Positions 49,342-61,940 are shown, numbered from the stretch's first letter. The stretch: DNA of 64,000 nucleotides from a bacterium (GCA_044869275.1 JBIOXB010000048.1:18441-82440); one strand, 5' to 3'. Notes: generated from the sequence alone by a model not told the origin. Translations and numbers: made by a program.

Positions 49342-51099
49342 TCACTTCCCCCCACTCCTGCACAGCAACTGAATGCCCTCACCAATCCGGTATTTTCCCG
49401 GGATGGTGACCGGCAGCCTGCCGGTGATATCGATCGCGCCGAGCAGCGCTCGAGCAATCGCGCGTTCCCCGATCTTTGCGCCATTATAGGGCGTCATTAT
49501 CACCGCCGTTTCCGGCAATTTGCCGATGACATAGGGATCACCAAAGGCCGCGGTGATGACGGGTTTGGGCAAATCGCCCAGCCGGGCAAAAAACTCCTGC
49601 AGCGCCGGGGAGAAACTCGGTTTGCCTTTCCACGCGCCAATCGAGAGATAAAGCCCCAGCAAAATAACGTCAGCGTCCTCGCCTTGCAGGCTCTGCTGAA
49701 TCAGCTCGCGGCTCGATTCATTCGACAAGCGCACCAGTGAAATCGCCGGGAGACGCGACTCGAGATGCCGCTGCAATTCCCGGCCGAACTCGGAATTGGC
49801 CTCATCCGAGACCACCACCATCTTCAGGCGCGTGTGCGCTGGCAAAGGCAGCAGATTATGCTGATGGCGCAGCAGCGTTACCGCCGCGTTGGAGATGCTA
49901 TCGGCCAGCGCTTCCGTCTCCGGCGCGGCCACGATCTCGGAAATCTTTTCAACTTCCACCACACGCGCGCGCTCCAAACCGAGCCATGATTTGACCGCCA
50001 AAATCCTGCGCACCGATTCTTCTAAACGTTGCATGCTCAGGCGTCCCGATTGCACTGCATTGCGCACACTGTCAAAGGATTTTTGAAAATCCGCGGCGAT
50101 GAGAAAAACGTCCGCGCCGGCCTCAAGGGCGAGTACGGCGGCCTCTGCCGCGCCATAATGATCGGTGATGCCCTGCATGATCATGCTGTCGGTCAGAATA
50201 ATGCCCTGAAAGCCAAGCTGCTGCCGCAGCAGCCCGGTCAAAATGGGATAGGACAAAGTCGCGGGCCGTTGCGTCGCGTCGATTTGAGGCAATGCCAGAT
50301 GCGCCGTCATCACGGCCCTGGCGCCCGCGGCAATGCCGGCTTGGAAGGGCACCAGCTCGACGGCGCGCAGGCGCTGCGCGTCAAACGGCAGGACCGGCAG
50401 CCCCATGTGGGTATCTTCCGCCGTGTCGCCATGGCCGGGGAAATGTTTGAGCGTGGCGATCATGCCGCCCTCCTGCAAGCCGCGCACGCACGCCGCGACA
50501 AATCTCGCCACCTGCGCCGGGTCTTCGCCAAACGAGCGCGTGTTGATGATCGAATTGTCGGGATTGTTGTTTACATCGGCGACGGGCGAGTTCGTCCAAT
50601 GAATGCCCACCGCGCGCGCTTCACGCGCCATGGCGCGGCCGAACGCATAGGCGAATCCGGGATTGCCGGTTGCGCCAAAAGCCATCATCGAGGGAAAGCC
50701 GGTGCCGCCGCCGGCAACGAAGCGCGGCAATTCCGGCATGCGTCCGCGCACCCACCACCAGGGCGTCGCGTACGTCAGGCCGTTCTCGAGATCGGAATTG
50801 ATGAGCAGCGGGATTTTCGCCTCGCGTTGCAGCGCGTTCGTCATCAACGCGATGTCGCTGAGCGTGCCGCCGCCGAGAATGAAAGCGCCCACGTGATAGC
50901 GCCGCACCATCTCCAGCGCATAGCGGTAATTCGGACTTTGTTCGTGACTGTAAACCGCGACGAGATCGGCGACGAACAACTGCCCGATTTTTTCTTCGAG
51001 CGTCATGGCCGCCAATGTCGTTTCGACCCAATTCGGGTCTTGCGCCCAACCTCGTGCGGTGGACATCAGCAGGATGACGGCAAGAAATATTTTTTTCAT
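49342..51099 (-). CDS. Glycoside hydrolase family 3 (beta-N-acetylglucosaminidase-like), secreted
   Basis: MTLEEKIGQL, RSFGEDP, KHFPGHGDTAEDTH, ILTDSM, GRLPVTIP. Confidence 0.92.
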   Translation of the reverse strand: MKKIFLAVILLMSTARGWAQDPNWVETTLAAMTLEEKIGQLFVADLVAVYSHEQSPNYRYALEMVRRYHVGAFILGGGTLSDIALMTNALQREAKIPLLINSDLENGLTYATPWWWVRGRMPELPRFVAGGGTGFPSMMAFGATGNPGFAYAFGRAMAREARAVGIHWTNSPVADVNNNPDNSIINTRSFGEDPAQVARFVAACVRGLQEGGMIATLKHFPGHGDTAEDTHMGLPVLPFDAQRLRAVELVPFQAGIAAGARAVMTAHLALPQIDATQRPATLSYPILTGLLRQQLGFQGIILTDSMIMQGITDHYGAAEAAVLALEAGADVFLIAADFQKSFDSVRNAVQSGRLSMQRLEESVRRILAVKSWLGLERARVVEVEKISEIVAAPETEALADSISNAAVTLLRHQHNLLPLPAHTRLKMVVVSDEANSEFGRELQRHLESRLPAISLVRLSNESSRELIQQSLQGEDADVILLGLYLSIGAWKGKPSFSPALQEFFARLGDLPKPVITAAFGDPYVIGKLPETAVIMTPYNGAKIGERAIARALLGAIDITGRLPVTIPGKYRIGEGIQLLCRSGGK

Positions 51100-51303
51100 G
51101 TTTTGCAGCGCTCAAGTTAACGAGCTCGAATCAAAGGAGTTTAATCATTTTGACTTCAAGTATTTTGACTTAAACATTCCATTGAAACATTCATATTTTT
51201 ATTCTATCCGTGTTAATCCGCGGCATCCGTGTCATCCGCGTTCAAAAGAATAACCAGAAAACTTTCAGATCATATTCTGAATAACGTAGCGCCCAACAGT
51301 ATT

Positions 51304-51421
51304 CAGACTGTGTGAAAACGCCTGGTTTCAACGCCGGCTGAGCTTGTGGAAGCCGGATTCTTGAACTTAGCACCCTTCGACAAGCTCAGGGTGCGGCATT
51401 CCCAAGTTTTCACACAAGCTG
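51304..51421. mobile_element. 118-bp MITE-like repeat, copy 1
   Basis: TGTGTGAAAAC / GTTTTCACACA ends; inner CACCCTTCGACAAGCTCAGGGTG hairpin; second copy at 63925. Confidence 0.75.
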
Positions 51422-51487
51422 ATTGCTGCAAAATATAAACTACAAGAACGCTCCCGCAATTTCAAAAAGAATCTAAGCAAATTGTAT

Positions 51488-51516
51488 TTGCATGCAAGCA
51501 CTCTTTGTGCTAATAT
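51488..51516 (+). promoter_or_regulatory. Sigma70-type promoter
   Basis: TTGCAT-N17-TAATAT. Confidence 0.45.
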
Positions 51517-51551
51517 ATTGACGGCTGTACCAATCCCAGCGGCCTGTTTGC

Positions 51552-51697
51552 CCGCACTTGATAACATCGGATTCGCCGACACGAGGCGTGGACTTGGCGC
51601 CGCTGGAAAAATTTGAAACGATGACGCACACCTTTTCGATAGTCTAGTAAGAGAGCAGTGCTTTCGGTGACGGCAAGGTGCGTGACTTTGATCAGCG
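51552..51697 (+). pseudogene. Decayed copy of a ligA 5' segment
   Basis: Translates PHLITSDSPTRGVDLAPLEKFETMTHTFSIV* vs Lig[35 protein letters not shown] similarity continues to GATCAGCG (ligA 52709-52852). Confidence 0.8.
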
Positions 51698-51743
51698 GTA
51701 GCAAGAGTTTTTTTATTCACTGTGTTCAAACGATTTGTCTGGA

Positions 51744-52229
51744 ATGCTGACAGTACCGTACTTCAAACAAAATCGCTATTACACATGTGGTCCTGTCTGT
51801 CTGCGGATGGTGCTGGCTTATTGGGGTTACGAAACCGACGAAGTCAGTTTAACCATATTGTGCGGCACAGATGTCTTCGGTACTTCGGCAAGGCACATGA
51901 TGAAGGCCGCCCAAAATTTGGAATTCGAATGTGAGTATCGTTTCAAAGCATCTTATTCAGCGTTGGGCGCGGCACTCAGCAAAAGAATACCACCAATTGT
52001 TGCGGTGAACCCAAATATTCTTCATGCCAGGCCTCAACGGCTTTATGCCAGGCATGACATTGTCTTGCTTGATATCACTCGAAGTGGTATCTTATATCAT
52101 GATCCCGAAGCCGGCGCCAGCCTATCTGTGTCACCGGCCATCTTCAAAGAGGCATGGCAACAAGCGCAAAAGGAGGTAATTCTAGTATGGCCTACCCAGC
52201 AAATACTTACCAGGATATCAAGGAAATAA
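51744..52229 (+). CDS. Stand-alone peptidase C39-like cysteine protease
   Basis: VPYFKQNRYYTCGPVCLRMVLAYWG (Q..C), RHDIVL (H), YHDP (D). Confidence 0.8.
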   Translation: MLTVPYFKQNRYYTCGPVCLRMVLAYWGYETDEVSLTILCGTDVFGTSARHMMKAAQNLEFECEYRFKASYSALGAALSKRIPPIVAVNPNILHARPQRLYARHDIVLLDITRSGILYHDPEAGASLSVSPAIFKEAWQQAQKEVILVWPTQQILTRISRK

Positions 52230-52513
52230 CCGGCCAGTATCTTTTAGAAAACATTGGTGAGATGGCGGTCACGGGAACAATTCGTTACCAGCAAGAACGC
52301 CGGCGCTGGATCGTGTCGGTATTGTGTGAAACCCTTCGCGGGGTTTTGCCCGCCGGTCGTATCGAGCTGGACGATGATTTGAACCTCGTTCATGCCACCC
52401 CGCGCGCGGATATGACACGCGCCGTTGAGGAGCAGTTGCGGCGCTTGCCTTATTTCGTTCTCGCGGATGAAGAAGAGCTGAAAGCCAAAGGTCTCGAAGT
52501 CATTACCATTTGA
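52187..52513 (+). CDS. Small hypothetical protein (108 aa), partner of the C39 peptidase
   Basis: AGGAGG RBS at 52171-52176, ATG 52187; overlaps the protease gene by 43 nt. Confidence 0.65.
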   Translation: MAYPANTYQDIKEITGQYLLENIGEMAVTGTIRYQQERRRWIVSVLCETLRGVLPAGRIELDDDLNLVHATPRADMTRAVEEQLRRLPYFVLADEEELKAKGLEVITI

Positions 52514-52544
52514 CCCGCGAGCATTGAAACACAAACTGGCATAA

Positions 52545-54566
<2,022 letters not shown>

Positions 54567-54595
54567 CAGTAGTGATATCAAAAGCGGAATTTGAT

Positions 54596-54742
54596 TAGCG
54601 CAGTGTCACCTTGAAAACTGTACCTTTATCATGTCATTCTGAAAGAATCTTGGTTGAATCAAGCACTGTGGTTATGCTGCACAGGATTCTTTCTGAATGA
54701 CAGTTTATGAAGGGGTACGAAGATTAAGGTGACAGCGCACTA
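54596..54742. repeat. Long hairpin MITE/REP-like element
   Basis: TGTCACCTT / AAGGTGACA ends; inner TGTCATTCTGAAAGAATC / GATTCTTTCTGAATGACA. Confidence 0.65.
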
Positions 54743-54758
54743 GAATCGTGGGCTGATC

Positions 54759-55169
54759 ATGAAGTGGAAAGAATGGAAAGAATTCGCCAGTAACGAGGCT
54801 TATTGGCGGAAGCATGAGGAAAAAGGGCTGCTGAAGGCGGAGCATGTGCGTGATTACGTATTGCGGCTTTGGTTTGAAGAGGAGTTGGATGTCTCGATTT
54901 ATGAATTGGATTTTTATCCTCTCATTGTGGAAGATAATCCGGGCGGGGTATTTGCATCTTTGCGCGACTTAGAAAAGTTTAGTTTGGTGCAAGGCGAATA
55001 CGCGTTGATTTGGCTAAAACCTGAAACCGGAACTTATGATGATAAGGCGATCGACATTGCCCCGGAATGTGTGCGGTTTTTTTGTGAGAAATATGGCAAA
55101 AAACTAAAACGTTCCCGGCCGGCGAGGATATTGACAAGATTGACTCGCAAGCATGCTGTCGCGGCGTGA
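54759..55169 (+). CDS. DUF2442-like protein
   Basis: YVLRLWFE...[15 protein letters not shown]...LIW...DIAPE pattern. Confidence 0.7.
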   Translation: MKWKEWKEFASNEAYWRKHEEKGLLKAEHVRDYVLRLWFEEELDVSIYELDFYPLIVEDNPGGVFASLRDLEKFSLVQGEYALIWLKPETGTYDDKAIDIAPECVRFFCEKYGKKLKRSRPARILTRLTRKHAVAA

Positions 55170-55453
55170 AGATTCGCGAAGTGGCCAGGCCGAAAGCGGC
55201 GGATCAAAAATTTGCCGGCAAGACCTTCGTCTTCACCGGTGCGCTGGAGAAATTCACGCGCGACGAGGCCGAGCGCATGGTGGATGAACGCGGCGGCCGC
55301 GCTTCCGGCTCGGTGAGCAAGAAAACGGATTTTGTCGTCGCCGGCCCGGGCGCGGGCAGCAAGCTGGAGAAGGCGCGCGAGCTGGGGGTCGAAGTGATTT
55401 CGGAGGAAGAGTTAATGTGTGCGTGTTTTGTGAGGGGTATGGCAAAAATCTGA
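55166..55453 (+). pseudogene. Duplicated ligA 3' end (BRCT-only ORF)
   Basis: 55161-55413 matches 54295-54547 with about 13 mismatches in 253 bp. Confidence 0.85.
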
Positions 55454-55548
55454 ACGCTCCCAGCAGGCGAAAACATTGAAAAGAACAGCCTGGGGCCATG
55501 TTACAGGCGCGTGAGTATGCGGCCTTTCGAGCCGAAGCGGGGGCAAAC

Positions 55549-55839
55549 ATGCTTTTCGAATGGGATGATGAGAAAAATCGAATAAATCGCAAAAAGCACG
55601 GGGTCTCTTTTGAAGAAGCTCAAACCGTTTTTGATGATCCTTTGGCATTGAGTAGCATCGATGCCAAACATTCATTTGATGAAGAAAGATGGTTAACCAT
55701 TGGCATGTCACGCAGCGGCAGAATGCTTGTAGTAGCCCATCAATATCGAGCAGCGCGAGAAGATGAGTGCATTCGTATCATTAGCGCTCGCAAACCGGCA
55801 ATGCAAGAAAGCAGAGAATATGAAAAGGAATGGCACTAA
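55549..55839 (+). CDS. BrnT-family toxin
   Basis: MLFEWDDEKNRINRKKHGVSFEEA...EERWLTIG...IRIISAR. Confidence 0.9.
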   Translation: MLFEWDDEKNRINRKKHGVSFEEAQTVFDDPLALSSIDAKHSFDEERWLTIGMSRSGRMLVVAHQYRAAREDECIRIISARKPAMQESREYEKEWH

Positions 55840-56110
55840 AAAAAACGATGCGCACGGCAGACATGATTTCTCCACTGGCGAGCGCGGAAAATTTTTCCGT
55901 TTGCGAAACGCATAAATCATGATACCATTGGACGTTGATATTGTGCAGCATTTTCAAAAACTGGCACGCAAAGAAAAGAAAGCGTACTATATATTGATCA
56001 ATGAAGCTCTGCGTGGTGCCATGCAGGAGGAAAAGTCGGCGCAAGATTTCACCAAGTTGTTGCGCCAAATGGTGGCCAGCGAAATTCGAAAATCCGCGGC
56101 GCAGCGTTGA
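55820..56110 (+). pseudogene. BrnA-family antitoxin interrupted by an in-frame TAA
   Basis: MKRNGTKKNDAHGRHDFSTGERGKFFRLRNA*IMIPLDVDIVQHF...YYILINEALR; stop at 55913-55915. Confidence 0.7.
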
Positions 56111-56181
56111 GCGTCCGCGACACGTGGTTGATATTGGAACGAGCAGTTGTTTTGGTACAGGACCAAGGAAAGGAGCAAGTC

Positions 56182-56643
56182 ATGTCTGAAGAACGTGGAT
56201 TTTTGAAGGGATTGTTTCTCGGTGGTATGCTCGGCGCGATTGCCGCGCTGCTGTATGCGCCCAAGAGCGGCAAGGAAATGCGGCGCGACCTCCGCCGCAA
56301 ATCGCGCGACATTTACGAAGCCGCGGACGAGAGTCTGGGCGAGTTGAAGCGCGAGGCCGTCGACATTCTTGAAGAGGGCAAGCGCCAAGCCATTAAGCTG
56401 CGCCGCCAGGCCGATGAAAAACTGCATGAAGCCAGGGAGTCGGCCGAGCGCTTGATGCACGAAGGCCGCGAGCTGGTCGGTAATTCGGGCGAAAAGGTCG
56501 CCGACATCAAGGCGCAGGCGCAAAACATCATCGAAGAAGGAAAAAAAAAATTCGTAAGTGGAAAAGATAAGCTGAAATCCGCGGTCGATGCCGGCAGGCA
56601 GGCCTATCACGACGAAGTCAACGGCGGCGAGCCAGCAAATTGA
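56182..56643 (+). CDS. YtxH domain-containing protein
   Basis: GFLKGLFLGGMLGAIAALLYAPKSGKEMR; AAGGAG RBS. Confidence 0.88.
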   Translation: MSEERGFLKGLFLGGMLGAIAALLYAPKSGKEMRRDLRRKSRDIYEAADESLGELKREAVDILEEGKRQAIKLRRQADEKLHEARESAERLMHEGRELVGNSGEKVADIKAQAQNIIEEGKKKFVSGKDKLKSAVDAGRQAYHDEVNGGEPAN

Positions 56644-56689
56644 TCGGCGCTTCTGCCAAACCTGTTGAATGCCAGAGGGAGAAGTGCCG

Positions 56690-57076
56690 ATGGAAATGGT
56701 GTTGACCGTCAGTGTGGCGTTTATTGCGTTTTGTATGCTGCTGATCATGGCCGCGATTGTCATGACTTTGATGCGGGTGCGCAGCCTGTTGCGCGAAGCC
56801 GAGAAGTTTGTGGAAACGGTGCGCATGCACGTGCCGCCTTTGATGCATGACGTCACGCAAATCAGCTCGGATGTGCGTAGCATAGTCAGAAGCGTCGAGC
56901 GCGACATGCCCAAGCTCAGTCGCGCCATGGATTCTTTGCGCGCCACCGCTGGCGACATTCACGATCTGGAGCGCGCCATTCGCGAGCGCATTGAACGGCC
57001 GTTGCTGGGCCTATCCGGTGTGATTGGCGGATTGTTGCACGGCTTTAACGCTTTTTGGCGCAAGCTCTTGGGATAG
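56690..57076 (+). CDS. DUF948/YtxG-like membrane protein
   Basis: N-terminal TM plus coiled-coil region; paired with the YtxH gene. Confidence 0.65.
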   Translation: MEMVLTVSVAFIAFCMLLIMAAIVMTLMRVRSLLREAEKFVETVRMHVPPLMHDVTQISSDVRSIVRSVERDMPKLSRAMDSLRATAGDIHDLERAIRERIERPLLGLSGVIGGLLHGFNAFWRKLLG

Positions 57077-57084
57077 TTATTTTG

Positions 57085-57146
57085 CCACAGAGCATACAGA
57101 GTTGGGCGAGGTTTTCGTAAGCCTCAACTCTGGCCGCTTTGTGGCA
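57085..57146. repeat. REP-like hairpin
   Basis: GCCACAGAGC..CAGAGTTG / CAACTCTG..GCTTTGTGGC. Confidence 0.5.
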
Positions 57147-57182
57147 TTCATTTTTGAGGAATTTGTTGACAGGAGTTCAAAC

Positions 57183-58013
57183 ATGCAGGCAACCGAGCTG
57201 GACCGACGGCTGCAGCTGTTGCGCGAAATTGTGCAGGCAGCCAGCGCAGTGGTTTTGGAGTATTACGACGAACGCGTCGCCATCGAATGGAAAGCGCCGG
57301 GCGATCCGGTGACCGTGGCGGATCACGCCGCCAACGAATTGATCCTGGCGCAATTGCATCGCCATTTCCCCGGTGAAACCGTGCTCTCGGAGGAAAGCAG
57401 CGACGACATGCGCCGCCTGGGCGCGGCACAGTTTTGGGTGGTCGATCCGCTGGACGGCACGAAAGAATTCATCAAGCGCAACGGCGAGTTTTCGATCATG
57501 ATCGGCATGATCGAAAATGGGCTGCCCGCTCTGGGCGTGGTGGGCCAGCCGGCGACGCAGTTTTTATATTCCGGAGCGGAGGGCTTGGGCGCGTGGCTGA
57601 GCACGCCGCGCGGCGAGCAAGTTTTGCGCGTCTCGACGATGTCCGCGCCCGCGCAATTGCGCATGGTCGCCAGCCGTTCGCATTTCGATCCGCGCGTGGA
57701 CCGCGTGCGCCAGCGTTTGGGCATACACGAGATTCTGCGCTCGGGTAGTGTGGGCTTGAAATGCGGCCTGATCGCGCGCGGCGATTGCGAGGTCTACGTG
57801 CATCCCAGCTCGCGGGTGAATTTGTGGGACAGTTGCGGCCCGGCCGCAATTCTCACTGCCGCAGGCGGCAAAATGACGGATTTGCACGGAGAAACATTGA
57901 ATTATTCCGGTGTCGAAGTGCGCCATCGCCATGGCCTGCTGGCGACGCACGGCCGCTTGCACGAGCAAGTGGTTGAGACGCTGGCGAGTGAGGGTGTTGT
58001 TGTTCAGGAATAG
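57183..58013 (+). CDS. cysQ: 3'(2'),5'-bisphosphate nucleotidase CysQ / inositol monophosphatase family
   Basis: PVTVAD, LSEE, WVVDPLDGTKEF, GSVGLK, WDSCG. Confidence 0.82.
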   Translation: MQATELDRRLQLLREIVQAASAVVLEYYDERVAIEWKAPGDPVTVADHAANELILAQLHRHFPGETVLSEESSDDMRRLGAAQFWVVDPLDGTKEFIKRNGEFSIMIGMIENGLPALGVVGQPATQFLYSGAEGLGAWLSTPRGEQVLRVSTMSAPAQLRMVASRSHFDPRVDRVRQRLGIHEILRSGSVGLKCGLIARGDCEVYVHPSSRVNLWDSCGPAAILTAAGGKMTDLHGETLNYSGVEVRHRHGLLATHGRLHEQVVETLASEGVVVQE

Positions 58014-58076
58014 AAGGGGAGGAGGCCTGGCGGAATTGCATGATTCCGGCAGGTATGCACGACGGCCGGCCGCCGG

Positions 58077-61000
58077 TTAACTGAAGAGCCCGCGAATATC
58101 CTCCGCCGTCAGGTGCTTGAACAAGCCCGTGTCCGCAGTGAGAATCTGCGAGACCAGCATGTCTTTGCGCTTTTGCAATTCCAGGATTTTTTCTTCCACG
58201 GTTTCGTGCGTGATCATTTTATAGACGAACACGCTGCGATCCTGCCCGATGCGATGCGCGCGGTCGATGGCCTGCCTTTCCGCCGCGGGGTTCCACCAGG
58301 GATCGTAAAGAATGACGTAATCTGCCGCAGTCAAATTCAAGCCCAAGCCCCCGGCTTTCAAGCTGATCAGAAAAACTTTGACACTTGCCTCAGTTTGAAA
58401 GCGCTCGACGCAGGCTTCGCGATGGCGCGTTTGGCCGGTGAGCATTTCGAAAAGAAAGCCCTCCTGTTTCAACTGCGCGGCCATGATCTTGAGCATGCGC
58501 ACGAACTGTGAGAACACCAGCACTTTGTGGCCCTCTGCGACAATCTCGCGCAACAGTTCCATGAACGCTTCAAATTTGCCGGATTCGATCTTTTGCCCTT
58601 CCTCGATCAATGCCGGGTGGCAGGCAATCTGCCGCAATTTGGTAAGCCCCTGCAAAACTTTGAAGCGCGATTTGTCCATGCCCTGGTCCGAGAGTAAATT
58701 CATGATCTCGGCGCGGTAGTGGTCGCGCATTTGCTGGTACAGTCTTTTCTGCGCACCTTCCATCGGGCTGTAAAAAATCTGCTCGCTTTTGGCCGGCAGC
58801 TCGCGCGCCACCTGGTCTTTGGTGCGGCGCAACAAAAACGGCGCAATCATTTTCTTCAGCAGGGCGGCGGACTCTTCGTCGCCATAGCGCTCGATGGGCA
58901 GCGAGAAGGCCGAGCGGAAATAATGCAGGGAACCCAGCATCCCGGGATTCAAAAACGAAAACTGCGACCACAATTCCAGCGTGTTGTTTTCCACCGGCGT
59001 GCCGGTCAACACCAGGCGGTGATTGCTCTGCATAATCGCAGCGGCTTTTGCGGTTTGCGAAATGGGGTTTTTGATGTTCTGCGATTCATCGAGGATGAGA
59101 TAGTGAAAGCGAAAGTCCTTCAAGAATTCGACATCGTTGCGCATCGTGGCGTAGGTGGTGAGCACGATGTCGTGATCGGAAAAATGCGCCGTGGTGCGCT
59201 CGCGTTCGAGGCCGTGATGCACGAATATCTTTAAGTCGGGCGCAAAGCGCGCGCATTCATTTTCCCAATTGAACACCACGGACAGAGGCGCGACAATCAA
59301 ACTCGTGTGCCGGCGGGTTTTCGCTTCCGCGCCATTTTCCTTTACCGCGGCAGGGTTTCTTTTTGTTTTTTGCTTTTTTCCGTTTATGCCCGCCACGCCG
59401 TTGGTTTCTTTCTCGCGCAGCAAGCATGCCAGTGCTTGAATGGTTTTGCCCAACCCCATGTCGTCGGCGAGGCAGCCGTTGAGGCCATAGTCGCGCAGAA
59501 ACGCCAGCCAGTTCAAGCCCGCGTGCTGGTAAGGCCGCAGCGCGCCGCGAAAACTTTTCGGCACCGGCACTTCTCGAATGCCTTTAAAGTCCGAGAGTTT
59601 TTCAACCTGCTCACGGAACTCGTCGTCGTAGCGTCTTTCTTGCACCTGGTCGAATAAGGCGTCGATGAGCAGAGCGTGGGCGGGAGCGACTTGCGTGCGG
59701 CCGTCGTTGAGGTGCGCGAAATGGAAGAAATGGCGGAAGCGCTTTTCCCACTCTTCCGGCAGGCGCGCCACGCTGCCGTCGGCGAGCTTCATGAAGCGGT
59801 TTTGTTGCTTGAGCCCATGCCGCAAATCCGCCACGGAAAGCAGCACGCCACCGAAATCGATTTCCATATTGAGATCGAACCAATCGATGCCGGACGACAC
59901 CGCCAGGCGCACGTTGGGCAAAGCGCGATTGACGCGATGGTATTTGAGCGTTTCCTCGCCGAAAACCTCGAATCCCGCGGCGGCGAGCTTGGGCAATTCG
60001 TCAAACACCCAGAGCAGCGCTTCCTGGCGAGGCGTATAAAATGCCCCGCTTTCGTCCGGCTTCAACCCGGCTTCCACCAACGCTTCTTGTGCCGCGGCCT
60101 CGGCCGGGCGATCACGCTCGACGCGCCAAAGAATATTCGAGTGGCCGTTGCTGGCGACATTCAGTTCTTGCGCCGCCGCGCTCGGCACTTCGACTTCGCC
60201 GTAGGCAAACTTCAATTCCAAACGCAGCACGCGCTCCTGTTCCTTCAAATACAAGCGCCGCGCGGTCAGTTCGCGCACGGTTTGCAGCTCGAAATTTTCA
60301 GGGAGCGAAATCTCGAGATTGTGCTTGAGGTGCGGGCTGAAGTTTTTCAGAAAATCGCCGATACGGTCGGCGGGAATCTGCACTTGATAATCCGGCGCAA
60401 GAAAAGGCAGCACATAAGCGGCGGGCAGCGTGCTGTCAAAGCGATAGATGGTGTGCTCGTGCAGCAGCCAGAAAGGCCGCGCCGCCAGCAGGCGAAATTT
60501 TTCTCCCAGCGTTTCGTGACGATCGCGCCATTGTAACTCCGGGAAAAAGCGATAGGAGCCCGGAGGGCCGTTTTCGGCCGCCACACCCTCAAGACGAAAA
60601 GACAATTTTCCCGCCGCCGCCTGTACCCGCACCTTGCGCGCTTCGGATTCGCCGCCGTGCAAATAAAGCTCGCTCTCGGCGAGCAGATCCAAGATGTAGC
60701 CGATCTCTTCGCCGTATTCGAAATCGAATTCCGATACGGTCTCGTAGGAATAGAACGAATGCTGATAGCGATGCTTTTCTACACGCTGGCGTTGCAGCAG
60801 ATAGTTGATCGCGCGCTCTTCGGCCGGCGTGGCTTCGTGATGGTTGTATTCCGCTTGCAGATTGAAGTGCATGGCCGAGCGGTGGCCGAGTTCGCCGTTT
60901 TTCTTGATATAGACGCGCAGCGGGCGCAGCGTCCAGCGCGCGGGCCGCAGTTCGACAAAAAAGATGATACGATGCGCTTTGACTGCCGGCGGGTTCGTAT

Positions 61001-61385
61001 TTTGCGCGTGCAAGTGCTGCAGGTTCTGCAAATAACTTTCCCAGGACGGTTGCTCGCGTACGGGTTTCCCGCGAGATTCTTCCTCTCCGATATGAGCCAG
61101 CAACAGGGCGATGACGTGCGGGCAGGGCGCCTCAAAGGTATAGCAGGTGCACGAGCTGCTCAACTGGCCGTTGGATTGCTGCCGCACCGTGATTTTTCGG
61201 TCGATGTAATCGTGCACCGCGCCGCGCACCATGCGATCGTCTTGCGCGAGAATCTTGACCGCGCCTTGCTGGAAAAGTTTTTCTCCCTGGCGAAAGATCG
61301 CGGCGCGCGCCGCCAGGCGGAGTTCCGTGCGTGTAATTCTCAAACAATTTTCCTCTTTCGAAAGAATAACCTCGCGCTCTGACAT
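58077..61385 (-). CDS. SWIM zinc finger + SNF2 family helicase
   Basis: CTC....CPH SWIM motif; LRPYQ, LADDMGLGKT, DESQ, LTGTPVEN, QAIDRAHRIGQ. Confidence 0.93.
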   Translation of the reverse strand: MSEREVILSKEENCLRITRTELRLAARAAIFRQGEKLFQQGAVKILAQDDRMVRGAVHDYIDRKITVRQQSNGQLSSSCTCYTFEAPCPHVIALLLAHIGEEESRGKPVREQPSWESYLQNLQHLHAQNTNPPAVKAHRIIFFVELRPARWTLRPLRVYIKKNGELGHRSAMHFNLQAEYNHHEATPAEERAINYLLQRQRVEKHRYQHSFYSYETVSEFDFEYGEEIGYILDLLAESELYLHGGESEARKVRVQAAAGKLSFRLEGVAAENGPPGSYRFFPELQWRDRHETLGEKFRLLAARPFWLLHEHTIYRFDSTLPAAYVLPFLAPDYQVQIPADRIGDFLKNFSPHLKHNLEISLPENFELQTVRELTARRLYLKEQERVLRLELKFAYGEVEVPSAAAQELNVASNGHSNILWRVERDRPAEAAAQEALVEAGLKPDESGAFYTPRQEALLWVFDELPKLAAAGFEVFGEETLKYHRVNRALPNVRLAVSSGIDWFDLNMEIDFGGVLLSVADLRHGLKQQNRFMKLADGSVARLPEEWEKRFRHFFHFAHLNDGRTQVAPAHALLIDALFDQVQERRYDDEFREQVEKLSDFKGIREVPVPKSFRGALRPYQHAGLNWLAFLRDYGLNGCLADDMGLGKTIQALACLLREKETNGVAGINGKKQKTKRNPAAVKENGAEAKTRRHTSLIVAPLSVVFNWENECARFAPDLKIFVHHGLERERTTAHFSDHDIVLTTYATMRNDVEFLKDFRFHYLILDESQNIKNPISQTAKAAAIMQSNHRLVLTGTPVENNTLELWSQFSFLNPGMLGSLHYFRSAFSLPIERYGDEESAALLKKMIAPFLLRRTKDQVARELPAKSEQIFYSPMEGAQKRLYQQMRDHYRAEIMNLLSDQGMDKSRFKVLQGLTKLRQIACHPALIEEGQKIESGKFEAFMELLREIVAEGHKVLVFSQFVRMLKIMAAQLKQEGFLFEMLTGQTRHREACVERFQTEASVKVFLISLKAGGLGLNLTAADYVILYDPWWNPAAERQAIDRAHRIGQDRSVFVYKMITHETVEEKILELQKRKDMLVSQILTADTGLFKHLTAEDIRGLFS

Positions 61386-61412
61386 GTCCTGTCAGGTCAA
61401 ATAGCCTCTGGT

Positions 61413-61940
61413 TCATTTTTCAACAATCAGCTCGTACCCGAGCAATTCCTCGCCATCGAACAGAAAGCGGCCCTCAAAACGCCGGCCCGCCAGCAACAAC
61501 GGCAGCCAGATGCGATCATCCGCCCACATGTGGTCGTAGGGAATGTGATGCAACGAAGTCCATTGCGGCGTGGCCTCCTCCGTTTCTTGCGGCTCGCCGA
61601 GGCAAGCCGTGGCGGTAAAGACTTCGCAATGCAACGCCAGGCCGTCGACGAATTGAAAACAGAGAACGCCTCTCGCTTCGAGGCCGGCGGGCGTGACGCG
61701 CAGTTCCTCCTGCACTTCACGGACCGCGCATTGGTAGGAGGTCTCTCCTGGATCGATGCGCCCGCCCGGCCCGTTAATCTTGCCGGCGCCCAGGCCTCGT
61801 TTTTTGCGGATCAGCAAAATCTGCCCCTCGCGAATGACGAACACCAGCGTCGCGCGCTGTTGTGGAATCCAGGTATCCCAGACGATGGCTTCGAATTGAA
61901 CTTGCGCCGCTGTTTTTGGCGTATTCATGCCGGTGGCCAT
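61413..61940 (-). CDS. 8-oxo-dGTP diphosphatase (MTH1/MutT-like NUDIX)
   Basis: [38 protein letters not shown]. Start approximate. Confidence 0.85.
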   Translation of the reverse strand: MATGMNTPKTAAQVQFEAIVWDTWIPQQRATLVFVIREGQILLIRKKRGLGAGKINGPGGRIDPGETSYQCAVREVQEELRVTPAGLEARGVLCFQFVDGLALHCEVFTATACLGEPQETEEATPQWTSLHHIPYDHMWADDRIWLPLLLAGRRFEGRFLFDGEELLGYELIVEK

